A stretch of DNA of 63,982 nucleotides, the filler included. It is 6 parts of 6 records of this genome, joined end to end, with 100 filler letters (N's around TTAATTAATTAA, not from the genome) between each part and the next. Parts side by side here need not be neighbours in the genome. Positions count along the whole stretch, not along the records: positions 1 to 20,955 come from SRR20825019_2142; positions 21,056 to 33,380 come from SRR20825019_2144; 4 more parts are not named here. The stretch is one strand, 5' to 3'. A program made the position numbers and the translations under genes. How positions within the stretch are numbered: position 1 is the first letter of the stretch; each line of letters begins with the position of its first letter. The notes beneath the pieces were generated by a model. The model saw only the letters and a program-made list of their open reading frames with translations, searched no databases and was not told where the DNA came from. Shown one piece after another: positions 12,591 through 24,271 of this stretch.

Positions 12591-15500
12591 CTAGAGCGGT
12601 CTACGCGAAGTCGCTGCACTCCGTGCCCGGCTCATAGAAGACCCGGGGCGCGACCGAGCCTCGCGCCGTGCCTGCTGCTGAAGGACATAATCGACCATCC
12701 AGTCATCAGCCTCTCCAGTGTTCTGGTTGGTGGGAGTCACAATGCGCCGGCCGCGCTGTGCTGCCTGAGCCCCGACATCGTTGTACGGCTTTCCAATGTT
12801 CTCATAGAAGTATGCTATGTCTTTCTGCTGTGTCTGCTTTCTTGCAGCACCTCTTGCCGGCGCATGCGGCTGGATTCCCCTCTCCCTGCCAGTCCCAGGC
12901 ATTGGCCCAGCATTCTCGTCCATCTCATCCTGCAGTTCCAGTGTAACTATTCGACTATGAGGTCTGCCAGATGGTGTTGTTGTTGGTTTAGGTTTCAGCC
13001 AGCTATCAGAAGCCTGTTTGTGCCCCCCTGGTGGCACGGTGCCCTTCGTCTTTGCACCTGCTTTGGGAGCGCTTGGCTTACCAGTTGGATTCAGCAATTT
13101 CGACTCTTCCAGCACCTTGTTCATGTCCTTAGGTGACACTCCTGGTAATTCGGCCTGCTTAGCTTCTATTTTCTCTAGCAATTCCTCAGCTTGATCATGG
13201 AGGCGGCCTACCGCAGCCATCTCCTTGACGTGCCGCTCCTCCTTCTCCGAATGTGTTTTTTGCATCCCCTTTAGCTCTTGCTTCCACGCGCCACTAGCTG
13301 TAGTGGCAGGCACAACGTATCCGGATGTTGAAGGCAGTTGACGGGCTGGTCGCTTTTTGGAAGGGGCGGGAGCTGCCGTCTCTTCATTTGGCGTTGGAGT
13401 TCTATGTGCGCTTGTGGTGCCCCCAAGCGGTTTCTCTGCAGAAGCAGTGCTGGCCGCAGAGCTATTTCCACCCTCTGTAAGTGCATCTTTGTACTCCAAA
13501 ACAGACAAACGGGCACCATATCTTTTGATCTGGTCATTCAAAAGCTTATTCTGTTCCTTGAGCTCGTCATTTTTGTATCTCATCATAGTTATTTGCTTGT
13601 TTTGCTTCTCAAGCTTTTCATGCAATTCCTTAACTGAAGGGTCGCTGCCGATCTCCCACACCTTGACATCTACAGTTTTAGCTTCAGCAGCCAGAGCATT
13701 CGTGAGGGCCGAGCTGTCGGATCCTGCGATAGATCCTAAAGATGCGCGCCTCGTTGAAAGGTTCATAGGTCGGTCAGATTGAATCAGACTGCCTCTTCTA
13801 CTTGATGAAGGAACGACGGACGCAAGAAGCTCTCTTCCTTCAGCATCGCTCCCTACGGATGCATACGAGCCACGTCGCGTGACATGTTGTGGAGCTGCCA
13901 ATTTGTTGGCACCTGCTCGAAGGTCTTCCACTTCCTTTTGCAGAGTGTCAAATTCACTCATTTTAGCTTGAATATCTTCTAGCGTTCCTAGAGCAATAAA
14001 TCCTTCCAAATCCTTCTTAATAGTTTCTTTCTCTTTCCTGATACTCTCCACCGACTGAGCAGCCTGCTCGAGGATACTTCTGCTTTTGGATGCACTATCT
14101 TGTTCAAGTTTCTTATACTTCAATTCCAGTTGCTTCTTCTCCATGCGCAGTTTTTCCATGGTGGCCTCACCACGTGGATTGGACTCTTCCTCTTGTGTCA
14201 TCCTCTCCAGCGCGCTAATTTTCACCTTAAGTTCGTCGCATTCCATTTCTTTCTCATTAATCTCTTCTAACTTCTCTGTGATTTTGTTGGTGAGTTCCTC
14301 CTTAGCAAGTCTAGTCGCATTCAACTTCTCTTCAAGGTCTTCGTTTCTCTTCTGTTCTTCTTTGATTCTCAACATAGTGTTCTTTTCCTCCTTATCCATA
14401 AATTCAATCCTTTCTTTAGCCTGATCCAAGTTCTCCTCCAACCTAATGATTTCCTGGGACATGCGCGCAACATCATTCAAGTGATCTTTCTTGAATTCTT
14501 CCAGAATCGACTTTTCTTTGCTGAGGCGCGCCACATCTAACTTAGTTTGTTCCAGGTCTTGTTGAAGATCATTAACTTTTCCAAAGTCTATTGTGTTTTT
14601 CAGGTCACTGAATCGCTCATGAATCATCTCCATCTCCTTTTCATGCATCCTATCTTTCTCCTTAGCAACCTTTTCCAGTTTTCGAATTTCAAGCATGTGA
14701 TCACGCTCCATCTTCTTCTTCTCCATCTCAAATTCAGCCCTCTGCCTGGCTAGACTTTCGGCTTCAGCTTCGTCTACTTCATCCACGGTCTCCCCCAAAG
14801 AAGCCACGACAGTCTCTGCCACATCTACTTGCCCACTATCGGTTTCTTTTCCCATCTTCAAGGATGTAATTTGCTCCTTGAGAGCAATAATCAGCTTCAA
14901 ATATGCCTCTCGTTGTTCAGCCATGTGCTTATCTCGTCGTGACACTTGCCCTCGAAGGAGGTCCATTACTGTATCACTTTTCCTCAACCTTTCTACTGTT
15001 CGGTCGAGCTTGGCTCTATACTCCTTCATGATATCATTATGTCTCACCATCTCCTGCTTTAGATACGCTGAGTCGGCTTCTTTGTGTGTGACCTGCTGCT
15101 TCAATACATCAATGTTGTGCAGGAGCTCTCCAGTAACGCGCCGAACAACTTCTTGGACGGCCTCAATAACTCTTGGAGCATCCTCTTTGGCCTTGCCCTT
15201 TTTCATCCCTCCCGAAATCATTTGTGATATGTCTTCATTGACGTTTCCCAGAACACTGACTATCTCAGGGTGCGCCCCTACTTCTATCGCATGTTTCCTT
15301 TCGTCTAAGCGGTGTATCACCTCCGTGGACGCTGGTGGCTTTCGCATCTCCGGTGCTGGAGGCTCCCATTGCTCTTGTTTTGGGCGCGATTTAGTCTGCA
15401 AGGTTTCCGGAAACTGAGGAGGATTTTCACCCTGTCGGTCTTCCCATGCGTCTTGGTCTGGTTCAACCCGGTAAACTGCTTCAGTTGAAGTTAAGGAGTC

Positions 15501-15629
15501 AAACTTCCCGTTGAACGGACAGAAGTTTATGACTCGAGGTGTGCCGTTCCCGACTCGAGGCGTGGATACCATTTCGTCCTCATTCTTTATAGCTCTACGG
15601 TGAAGCGTTCCCGCCACATTAGACGACAT
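12591..15629 (-). CDS. Intronless 1012-aa coiled-coil protein, unknown function
   Basis: Single long ORF, E/K/Q/L-rich heptad region in the central ~450 aa, low-complexity C-terminus with RRGS/RRAS motifs. Confidence 0.85.
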   Translation of the reverse strand: MSSNVAGTLHRRAIKNEDEMVSTPRVGNGTPRVINFCPFNGKFDSLTSTEAVYRVEPDQDAWEDRQGENPPQFPETLQTKSRPKQEQWEPPAPEMRKPPASTEVIHRLDERKHAIEVGAHPEIVSVLGNVNEDISQMISGGMKKGKAKEDAPRVIEAVQEVVRRVTGELLHNIDVLKQQVTHKEADSAYLKQEMVRHNDIMKEYRAKLDRTVERLRKSDTVMDLLRGQVSRRDKHMAEQREAYLKLIIALKEQITSLKMGKETDSGQVDVAETVVASLGETVDEVDEAEAESLARQRAEFEMEKKKMERDHMLEIRKLEKVAKEKDRMHEKEMEMIHERFSDLKNTIDFGKVNDLQQDLEQTKLDVARLSKEKSILEEFKKDHLNDVARMSQEIIRLEENLDQAKERIEFMDKEEKNTMLRIKEEQKRNEDLEEKLNATRLAKEELTNKITEKLEEINEKEMECDELKVKISALERMTQEEESNPRGEATMEKLRMEKKQLELKYKKLEQDSASKSRSILEQAAQSVESIRKEKETIKKDLEGFIALGTLEDIQAKMSEFDTLQKEVEDLRAGANKLAAPQHVTRRGSYASVGSDAEGRELLASVVPSSSRRGSLIQSDRPMNLSTRRASLGSIAGSDSSALTNALAAEAKTVDVKVWEIGSDPSVKELHEKLEKQNKQITMMRYKNDELKEQNKLLNDQIKRYGARLSVLEYKDALTEGGNSSAASTASAEKPLGGTTSAHRTPTPNEETAAPAPSKKRPARQLPSTSGYVVPATTASGAWKQELKGMQKTHSEKEERHVKEMAAVGRLHDQAEELLEKIEAKQAELPGVSPKDMNKVLEESKLLNPTGKPSAPKAGAKTKGTVPPGGHKQASDSWLKPKPTTTPSGRPHSRIVTLELQDEMDENAGPMPGTGRERGIQPHAPARGAARKQTQQKDIAYFYENIGKPYNDVGAQAAQRGRRIVTPTNQNTGEADDWMVDYVLQQQARREARSRPGSSMSRARSAATSRRPL

Positions 15630-15849
15630 TTCCTAATCTACACAGCAGTCGCAGTTTCTGTCATCCTCTACACGACAAACTTTATTGTGCGTACTTATTT
15701 GAAGCAGCTGTCTGTGTCAGATTTTAGGGCCTTCCATGTGAGATTGGTGGACCACGCTTGTCCACGCTATGCGAGACTTTGCTAGGGTGTGTTGTCTCTC
15801 TTTCGAAGCTCTTGAAGTGACAGCTGAACTCGCCGCCGTCATTGCGGCC

Positions 15850-16190
15850 ACTGGCTCCTCGGGGCTGGGCTGACCATACGACGGGCGCCGGGCGTCCCGG
15901 CCCCGCGCCCCGAGCGGCAGCACCCGGGCCGGGTGCCTCCGCGGAGCCCCGCCGGCAGCACTGCGCTGCGGGCGGGGGCGCGACGTCCGGTCACTCATCA
16001 CACTCACCGTGAGCCGGTGGAGTCGCCGCTGACTCCTGGGAGGGCCGGCCGGCCGCCGACGGAGGCGCCGGACGTGGCTCATATGGGACCCGGCGCTGGG
16101 GCCGCGCGCCGCGCTTGGCCGGACGCCTCACTGCTGCTCCGTCGGGCCGGGAGCCGGGACCGCACTGCGGCAGGCTCGCTGGGCTAGTTA
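15850..16190. promoter_or_regulatory. GC-rich island upstream of the coiled-coil gene
   Basis: CpG-dense; contains GTCACTCATCACACTCACCGTGAG and GAGTC/GACTC motifs. Confidence 0.5.
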
Positions 16191-16261
16191 GGGAGCGTTA
16201 CACACTGGCAGATCAGGATTGATTCGTCACAACATTCGATTTTATAATTGATCAATGTCAA

Positions 16262-16986
16262 TTAATCCACGTCGTTGTGATAAAAGCGTACGCTCTCCCA
16301 TTCCTCTCTGACCTTGCCAAGGCTGCAAAAGAAACACGCATCAGTACCTCTCGATATCAAATGGGCTGAATCCAATACCTCGATAAGACGAAGAAATTGG
16401 TCGCGACTGCTACTAGAATAAATACGGGGACGAAGAAGGTGTGGAACGATATCGTTACTGCACGAGGGTTTCGTCAATGTGTATAAAGGCCATACCAAAT
16501 ATTTTCCGTACCAATTGTGAACACAAAACACAAAAAGAGATGAACAACAGTGAATACTTTGAGAGCATCAAGAGCAGGGGCAGGGGTCACCTTAAGCCCC
16601 CGCCATAGCATCCAGTATATCTAAACTCCTGTCAGCGACCTCTTATTCTTGCTGGTGAAAACCCAACATACCAATATCCCAATAGAGAGTGCTGATATGA
16701 AACTCATAACTCCAGTAAAGAAATGCGAGTATACATATTGGTTGCACCGTTTCTCAGACCACAGTGGAGGACACAGGTGTGAGTAGACTTCATGTGTCCT
16801 TATCATAAAGGAGGGCAGCCACACAACCTGTCACGTCCTGTCAGAGGGACACATACCCCAAATAGCACGACTTCGTCTTACCAATATGACTATGTCAACG
16901 ATTCCTTTCATAAGAACAAGGTTCCGCCCATTATTCTTTGATATCCATCTCCCTAGTGACCCCGTCCCAGGGAACTCAAGTTTCAT
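16262..16986 (-). CDS. Uncharacterised ~170-aa four-TM membrane protein (5 exons)
   Basis: Four ~50-nt GT-AG introns join into MKLEFPGTG...IVDIVIL|VVWLPSF...LCPPLWSEKRCNQY...SIGIL|IYWMLW...FVFTI|VTISFHTFFVPVFILVAVATNFFVLS|SLGKVREEW...DVD*. Confidence 0.7.
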
Positions 16987-17199
16987 GTTGGACTGTGTAT
17001 TCCCACAGCCTCCCAACCCCTAAATAACCCCAACCAAACACTGGTAAATGTACCTTTGGACTATATATTCTAACAAACAGCCTTTGGGTGTTCCTCTGTT
17101 AGTCATGAGCCAGACTGACAATATGGTCGGCTGCCAGCAGCACGCAGTTCACCTCGCTAAAGCCTGCCCGGAGTTCGCACCCGATCAGGGGCCGAGCCA

Positions 17200-17580
17200 C
17201 CTGGAAGCTCAGGAGCCCGCCCCCGAGCCGCGCGGCCCGCGGCGCCGGTGGCGGCGGGTTAGGACCGGGTCATGATTCATTGAGAGAGAGTACCTACGCA
17301 ACCCAAATCCAATTAATCAAATGGGAAAGCTTATATCCGAGCGAAACTAAGTTTCCGTTGTTTCGGGGAGGATCCGGGGACCGATGGCCATCCGTGACGC
17401 CGGGCTTTTGAATTCCTCGCAAGCCCGGCGTGGCGAGTTGGCCCCATCGGACGGCCGCGAGCCGCGGCGCCCCATAACTGTGGCCTTGCGGCCCGGGCCC
17501 CCGCTGCTAGGCCCGGAGGGCTGGAAGAGGTGGGGGGCGCGGGGAGTGGCGCGCCGGTTCAAGTTGTCGCCCGGGTCTTT
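17200..17580. promoter_or_regulatory. GC-rich island, putative bidirectional promoter (4-TM gene / MORN-C2 gene)
   Basis: GC-rich blocks between divergent starts at 16986 and 17747. Confidence 0.45.
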
Positions 17581-17746
17581 CATGCCGCTTGGATCAGTTA
17601 GTCCCCCGCTGCACAGCAGCCGTTGGTTGGCAGCTGAAGTGCAATCTTGCCATCCAGTCCCTGCCCGCCGTGAACCTAGGCAGATACGGTCATATATGAG
17701 TCACTTCGCACACTGCAAATGATACAGCTCTATTGATGTGTCCGTC

Positions 17747-20564
17747 ATGTCTGGTGGACAAGGCAGAATGGTTTCGGTCTCGCTCGGACATGGAGATAGA
17801 TACGAAGGCTTCGTTCGCTCGGGTCTCTTCCACGGCCTGGGTCAACTTTCACGGAAGAGCGGGCGCAGGTTCGACATGACTTAGTAAAGTACCAAGAATG
17901 TGTCAATGATCTCAGCTTAGGTTTACGGGCGACTTTGTTGAAGGCACCCGCCATGGATATGGCGTTGAAACCATGAAGAATGGAGATAGGTATGAAGGAC
18001 AGTATCACATGGGCAAGCAGTCTGGGCTAGGTGTACATATCGTTAGCAATGGCGACAGGTTTGTAATACAAAGCTTTCAATTAATGGGAGTGTTGAAGCT
18101 GTGTGGCAGATATGAGGGTGAATTCGAGGAAGGATTGAGGTCTGGGTATGGGGTCGAGATTTATGAAAATGGTGATGTGTATGAGGGAGAGTTCTACAAA
18201 GGTTGTAAGGAAGGGTTTGGCACAATGACTTTCGCTCGTGGGCCTTGCGAGCGCTATTGCGGAGAATATAAGGTATTGGCATGGTGTTCATCAAGACTGT
18301 AGCCATTGCTGAACTCTTGGCTAGAATGATGCACGCCACGGATCTGGTCTCCTAGTCTTTGTGGATGGTCACGAGGTTGTGTCTTTCATCTGATGGATTT
18401 TCCAACGTCTAATCCACTATCTAAATAGGAGAGCTATCGCTTTGAAGCCGATGCTGCCCAGTATACCGAGATTTTCGACGAGAGACCAGCGCTCTTGGCT
18501 CAAGAAGAGGCAATTGCCGCCTCCGAAAGAGCCCGTAACTGCGCCCATAAGGTAACACTAGAGCGCAATCAACACTCATGACTGACGAAAAAAGTTCAGG
18601 CCTTGAAGAAAGTAAAACAGTTAGCGCATTTGAAGCTGCAATGCTCTCATTCGTCGGAAGAGGGCACCGAGCCTGATGAGAAGCCTGGCGGCATGGCGAG
18701 AGCCCAACTTGGTAATAGTAGGGAAGTTGGTGAACGTGGTGCTGGCGATGAGTCTGCCGCATCATATCCGAAAAATGTCACTAAAGAGGAGGCGAGAAAC
18801 AAAGAGTCAACGTGGGCAGCAAGAGTGAGGCGAATGGAAAAGAAGGTGGAGAATATGAACAGAGAAAAAAAGGTTTCTACGGGCGACTCTATGCCTCTGT
18901 TGGAAGATGCAAATAGTGACGAAGAATACAAGAAATCATCAGCAAAGAGGACGTCACAAGGTCTAGCTGCACGGATCTCTGGGTCTGAAAGCAGTGTGCC
19001 CTGGAAAGACAAGCACTCTAGCCTTAAGAGGACTAAGAATCAGGTGCGTGACTGAGACACTCAAGCACCTGTGGTCTTATTCCCTTCTGTTGTGTAGGCA
19101 TCGCTACACTCTTTTTGTGTTGCTATAATGGAACTGTCAGTCCCTAGTACATTCATGGAAGATGGAGACATGCATGGTCACCACCGTGCTAGAGGAATAT
19201 ACGTTAAGTATTCCTTTGCACGCCAAAGCAAATGTACCGCTGTGGTCAGCGAAAAGGAAAACTTTTGCACATATGAAATGAAGTCTCAACACAGGATATC
19301 TTTGAATGGCGAAGAAGATATACGATCATATCTTTCTCAACTTCCTGGAGGGATAATATTTGAGTTATGGAAGGTTGTCTGGAGTGATGTGTGGTTTTCT
19401 GTACGCTGATGCAGATTTATACATGTAGGTAACTTCGCGGAGTAACGAGATTATGGTAGGAACATCTGTGCTTCCCCTGAATGACATGCTAGATATAACC
19501 GACTTAGACGAAGCAGAATCTTGTATGTTCAGTTGTAATAGCGTGATGATACTCTTAACATTGTTGCAGGCACCGGGGTTTTCAGGCATTTCAACCTTGC
19601 TGTCCAGTTAACTGCTGATGCCGGATTTTCTCCACTGCCCTTAAGGCTAAGAGTCTCACTTGGTTACAGGTCAGCAAGGCTATGTTCAAAATGATACATC
19701 ATATGGCTAAAACATTTGAATAGGGGCGAGGAAGCCAGAAGTGAGCCTAGCCATTACGGAGGTATTTCAGTGTCGCAGATCCAGGAGGCCCTTTCAACAG
19801 TGGAACCATACAAAGGAAGACTGACCACCGAAAAGCATCGTCTTCCACCCTTCTTGGTGGGCCAGGATCCTTTTTCGGAGTCTCGGGTGTTATCCTCTCG
19901 CAAAATCCGAATAGTTCTCACTATAATGCATGCCAATGCATTGCAAGTGGCTGCACGAGAGTTGTCAAAGCTTGGTAAGTTGATCTCAGGTACCCAGGAA
20001 TATGGCGCACGGAACTAATGTTACTCAAGAGCCTGGAATGTCGTTCCCTGCTCTTTGTGGGCCTAATGTATTTGCTACGATGACAATTTGCTCAAGTGAA
20101 AAGGAGCTCTTTGGTACGACTCGGCGACGAAGAACTGCAGTTCAAGAACGCTCGTTTGACCCCTTCTTCAACCATAAGGAGACATACACAGCAATGCTGA
20201 ACGAAAATGTTCTGGAGGTAAGCAGGAATTCATAGTTTGTCGTACTGTCCTAATGAATATCTTGCAAGGTATTGAAAAAGGAATGCGCCGTGGTTCAATT
20301 ATGGCACGAAGAAGAAACTGATAAGATGCAATACCTGTTGGGTAGTGCAATGATGCCACTCCACTCCGTCCTTACCACGGGTAGGCTAGGCCGATCGCTG
20401 TTTGATTTTTTGTCTAACATTGCGCAGGGTCGGCCAAAGTAGAGAAATGGTGCCACCTGGTGACACCCTCGGGGCTGCACGGAGGCGAGGTTCTTCTTGC
20501 TCTTGCTGTGCAGAACGCTGTCCACTTCAAGGATGCTGGCGTGAAGATGGCGGCGTCGCGCTGA
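17747..20564 (+). CDS. MORN-repeat protein with two C-terminal C2-like domains, multi-exon
   Basis: About six MORN repeats (YEGFVRSGLFHGLG, FTGDFVEGTRHGYG, YEGQYHMGKQSGLG, YEGEFEEGLRSGYG, YEGEFYKGCKEGFG, YCGEYK|NDARHGSG). C2-like segments IYVKYSF...IIFELWK...VGTSVLPL and LTIMHANAL...PNVFA...RRTAVQERSFDPFFN...VQLWHE...LLGSAMMPL...KWCHL...GEVLLAL. Confidence 0.8.
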
Positions 20565-20955
20565 TTCGAATAGACTTCTTGTTGGATGATGTCAGTGATT
20601 GGTGTGGCATGCCAAACGGGATATCAATCTGAAATCTCCTTCCGATCTGGTGATTCCGAGGCGGCGACCGGCGGCCCGGCTGCCGCGCCGCGGCCGGTGC
20701 CGTCGGCCGGGGCCCCGAAGCGCGTCCGGTCGCGAGTCGGGGGGCCCGGCCGGCGGCCAGCCGGGCCGGCGCTCGATTGCCGGCTGCCCGGCCGCCACCC
20801 GGCCCGGCCGGCCGGCACGCCGCGGCCCCGGACCGGGCTAGGCCGGCTCCGCGCTCTGCCACTGTCTGGCCCCCGCCTCAGGCGGGGCCGCGGCCGGCAA
20901 TTTGGGCCCGCCGGCGAACCGAACCGGACCCGTGGGCCAATGAAAGTTGGCCCGC

Positions 20956-21055
20956 NNNNNNNNNNNNNNNNNNNNNNNNNNNNNNNNNNNNNNNNNNNNT
21001 TAATTAATTAANNNNNNNNNNNNNNNNNNNNNNNNNNNNNNNNNNNNNNNNNNNN
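20956..21055. other. Artificial contig spacer (N44-TTAATTAATTAA-N44)
   Basis: N runs flanking a six-frame stop linker; identical at five places. Confidence 0.99.
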
Positions 21056-24000
21056 CTGCCCAGTCTGACTGCACATGCCAGTGCGAAAACTTGTTCAGTG
21101 GTGCTAGGTGCAACACCTGTGATGCTATGTGTGAGAACGGCGGGACTTTGTCTTCTGACTGCTCTTGCTCGTGTCCTAATGGATTCGGTGGAGCTCGCTG
21201 CGAAACTCCTTGTGCCAATTCCTGCAACGGCAAGGGTCACATGGGCGCCGGCTGCCAGTGCCAGTGCCACGATCCATGGGCTGGGGAAGACTGCAATACC
21301 TGCTCTCGTACTACATGCCAGCATGGAGGAACTGTTTATGGTGTTACCTGCTCGTGCATCAACTGTGATAACTTGTGGAGCGGCGATGACTGTGAATCTT
21401 GCGATGTGACCTGTGCTAATGGCGGTGTGCTTGACGAGTCCACTTGCACGTGCTCCTGCTCTGGTCTTTGGACTGGCCTTACCTGCGAGACCTGCCCTGA
21501 TACCCTCTGCATGAACGGCGGCACCTTTGTCAATACCAATGGCGAGTGCAAGTGCGTATGCACCGCTGCCTGGGCTGGCCATACTTGCTCCTCTCCGTCA
21601 ACCCCAGTTGATGCCAACGCTTCCTCGGTTGAAGTCAGCTCCACTGAGGCATATGTTGGTTATGCTTACAATGTTGAGGTTCACCCTCGTCGTTCCAATG
21701 GTGCCGCTCTGAAGTATCCCGGGGATTTCTCTCTGTCCGATTTGGACTTCGTTGTCTCCGGACCCGCGGGCATGGTCAGCAACATCCAGGTGGCCGCTGC
21801 TGGCAAGGATGGCTCTGTGCTACGTGTGACTTTCACCACCTCATCTGCCGGTGATCATATCATCAACGTTCGCATTGCATCCTCGGGTGACCACTTGACG
21901 GGAAGCCCCGCCACCATCAATGCCGTGGTCGCTGATGCCATGGATATGAAGGTTGCTGTGTTCACCCCGTTGGCATACTCCGATCCCGGGATGGTTCGTT
22001 ACACGACTTCTGGTGATTCTTGCCACAATTTGATTCGCCAGACCCTTACTGCCATGGGCATTCCTCATGATTTCATTGGTGTCAAGCCGATTGTCGACGC
22101 CGGCGGCGAGTTGTCCTTGTACAACCTCGACGGTTCTGCCAAGTACTATGCCACAATTTTTGCCAGTGGTCCTGCCCTTGAGTATGATGATGGAACTGGT
22201 GCGTGGCCTAGTGCTTTCAGTGGAAACTGGAATCTGAAGACCCAGCTTGAGGACTTCGAGCGCCGCTTCAACATTCGCCGTATCGTTCTTGGATCTCACC
22301 CCTGGAGCGAACCCGCTGTGGACTTTGTTTCTTCATCTATGGATCGTGTGCAGCTTTTCTTGCATCCTAATGCCGAGAACTTTGCCACTGGCCTCAAGCC
22401 TGGAGCAAACTTCTTCGTCAAGTCCTACTACACTGCTACCACCATTACTGACTCCACAAGCACCACCCCTATGGTGACGGATTCGAACGGCAATGCCGCT
22501 GCGGTCAAGTACGTGGCCCCTGATGGCAGGGAGCAGATGCACGGCTACTGGAGCTTCTCTCCTCTCGGTGGCCAGGATGCCTCACTTGCTTTCTTCCCCG
22601 CTATGGTCCAGTGGGCTACCCGCAACACCTATGTTGGAAACAGGAGGATCTTCCTCTCAATGCACATTGACGATCACATGCTTTACACTGAGACCTGGAA
22701 CCAGGCTGATGAGGCCAACACGGGTTTGTCATACCAGGACACCTGTGAGGATTTGGACTTCCACATTAACTGGCAGAACTCTGCTTCTTCGACTCTCCCC
22801 ACCGGCTCGATGCTCAAGCTTGATCTTGCCATCAACGGTTTTGGTGGAACCTACGACGAGGGTCGGCCAGAGAGCGAGAAGCTTGGCAAGTGCACCTTTG
22901 ACCGCCGTAATGACTTCTTCATGGTGTCGCACACCTACACTCATCAGAGCCTCGATGCCCCACGTGACTATGATGGATGCCTGAACGACTTGCAGCTGAA
23001 CAAGGACTGGCTCATCAACAATGTGTGCCCCGCTGACGACAATAGCCACTGCTCCATGAATGGTCTTGTGCCTCCCATGATCACTGGTCTCTTCAATGGT
23101 GATGCCTTGAGGGCCATGGAGACTGTTGGAATCCGCGGTGCCGTTGGAGACAACACTCGGCCGGAACTGCGTCCCAACAACATGTTCCATCCCATTATCT
23201 CTTCCTCTGGTGTGAATGGCCATGACGGCATTATCATTGCCCCCCGCCACGCCACCTATGTTTTCTACAACTGTATGAACGAGGAGCAGAACTTGAACCT
23301 CATCAAGCATGTCACGCAGCCCTTCTGGTTCCGCCTTCCCACGTTTGATGGTGTCAGCCTCTTTGACATCTACATGAAGGAGGGTGAAGATGTTGTGTCT
23401 TACCTTGCCGGCTACCAGCATGATGCCTTCATGTTCCATCAGGCCAATCTGCATGTGTTCGACTGGGTCGAGGATGGTGTCACTCGCACGGACTCTCTGA
23501 CAACCATGTGGGCTCGCGCCGTGCTGCGGCAGATGGATCGCTTCAATGCTCTTCCCATTCGCTCTCTTAGCTTCGACGAGCACATTGATCTCTTTGAGGA
23601 GCGCATGAACCGCGATAGTGCCGCCCCCGCCGGTCGCCTTTTCGTGAAGGATGGTGAGGCTCGTGCCGTTGGCGTGTCTACTTCTGGTTCCAATGCCGCC
23701 CGCGTGGTTGTGTCTGGTGTTGTTCCCGAGAGCACCTCAAGCCGCATGAGCACTACTTCATATGGACCCGACAACAACTTGTTCCTTTCCATGGCCGCTC
23801 AGGATAGTGCTACTGTCAAGTTCGCCACCCCCAAGACCTGGTCGTCTTCCATGGTGATGTCTGCCCGCTCCTCCTCTGCCTCTGGCCAGGCAAAGGTGCG
23901 CCCTACCTCCAGCAAGGCCCCCTCAAACAAGGGCTATGTTGCCCTGGCCGCATGCGCTGGTTTGGCCTTCGTTGCTATGGTTTCTGTTTTCGTGTTGGTG

Positions 24001-24171
24001 ACTGACAAGGGATCGTCACCTATGGGCAAGGTCACCTTCAGGATGCCCTCTCCCACCCATAAGGCTGTGTCCACTGAGGACGAAGTCCCCAATCGCCTTC
24101 CTCAGTCGATCCGCAAGCGCACCACCACCCGCGAGAGGCGCGACTTGGCCCGCATTGATGGTGCTTTGTAG
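21056..24171 (+). CDS. Membrane-anchored Agd3-like (CE18-type) polysaccharide deacetylase with N-terminal EGF-like repeats and a filamin/Ig-like domain; 5' truncated
   Basis: CxNGG..CxC...WxGxxC repeats (21056-21590); filamin-like VTFTTSSAGDHIINV...HLTGSP; Agd3 motifs RRIFLSMHIDD, SHTYTH, PPMITGLFNGDAL, VGDNTRP, PRHATYVFYNC, DAFMFHQANL; C-terminal TM helix GYVALAACAGLAFVAMVSVFVLV. Confidence 0.85.
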
Positions 24172-24271
24172 ATGCAAGGGGAATCCTATCATTGGCTTGA
24201 ACTAACAAATAAATTCATATACCCTAATTCAAATCCACCCTCTTCTGTGGCAATGTTCCTGAAATTTTATC

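Noticed and set aside
1-20955. Alternative genetic code or pseudogenes to explain fragmented ORFs
   Set aside because: Breaks examined are explained by canonical short GT-AG introns that restore the frame.
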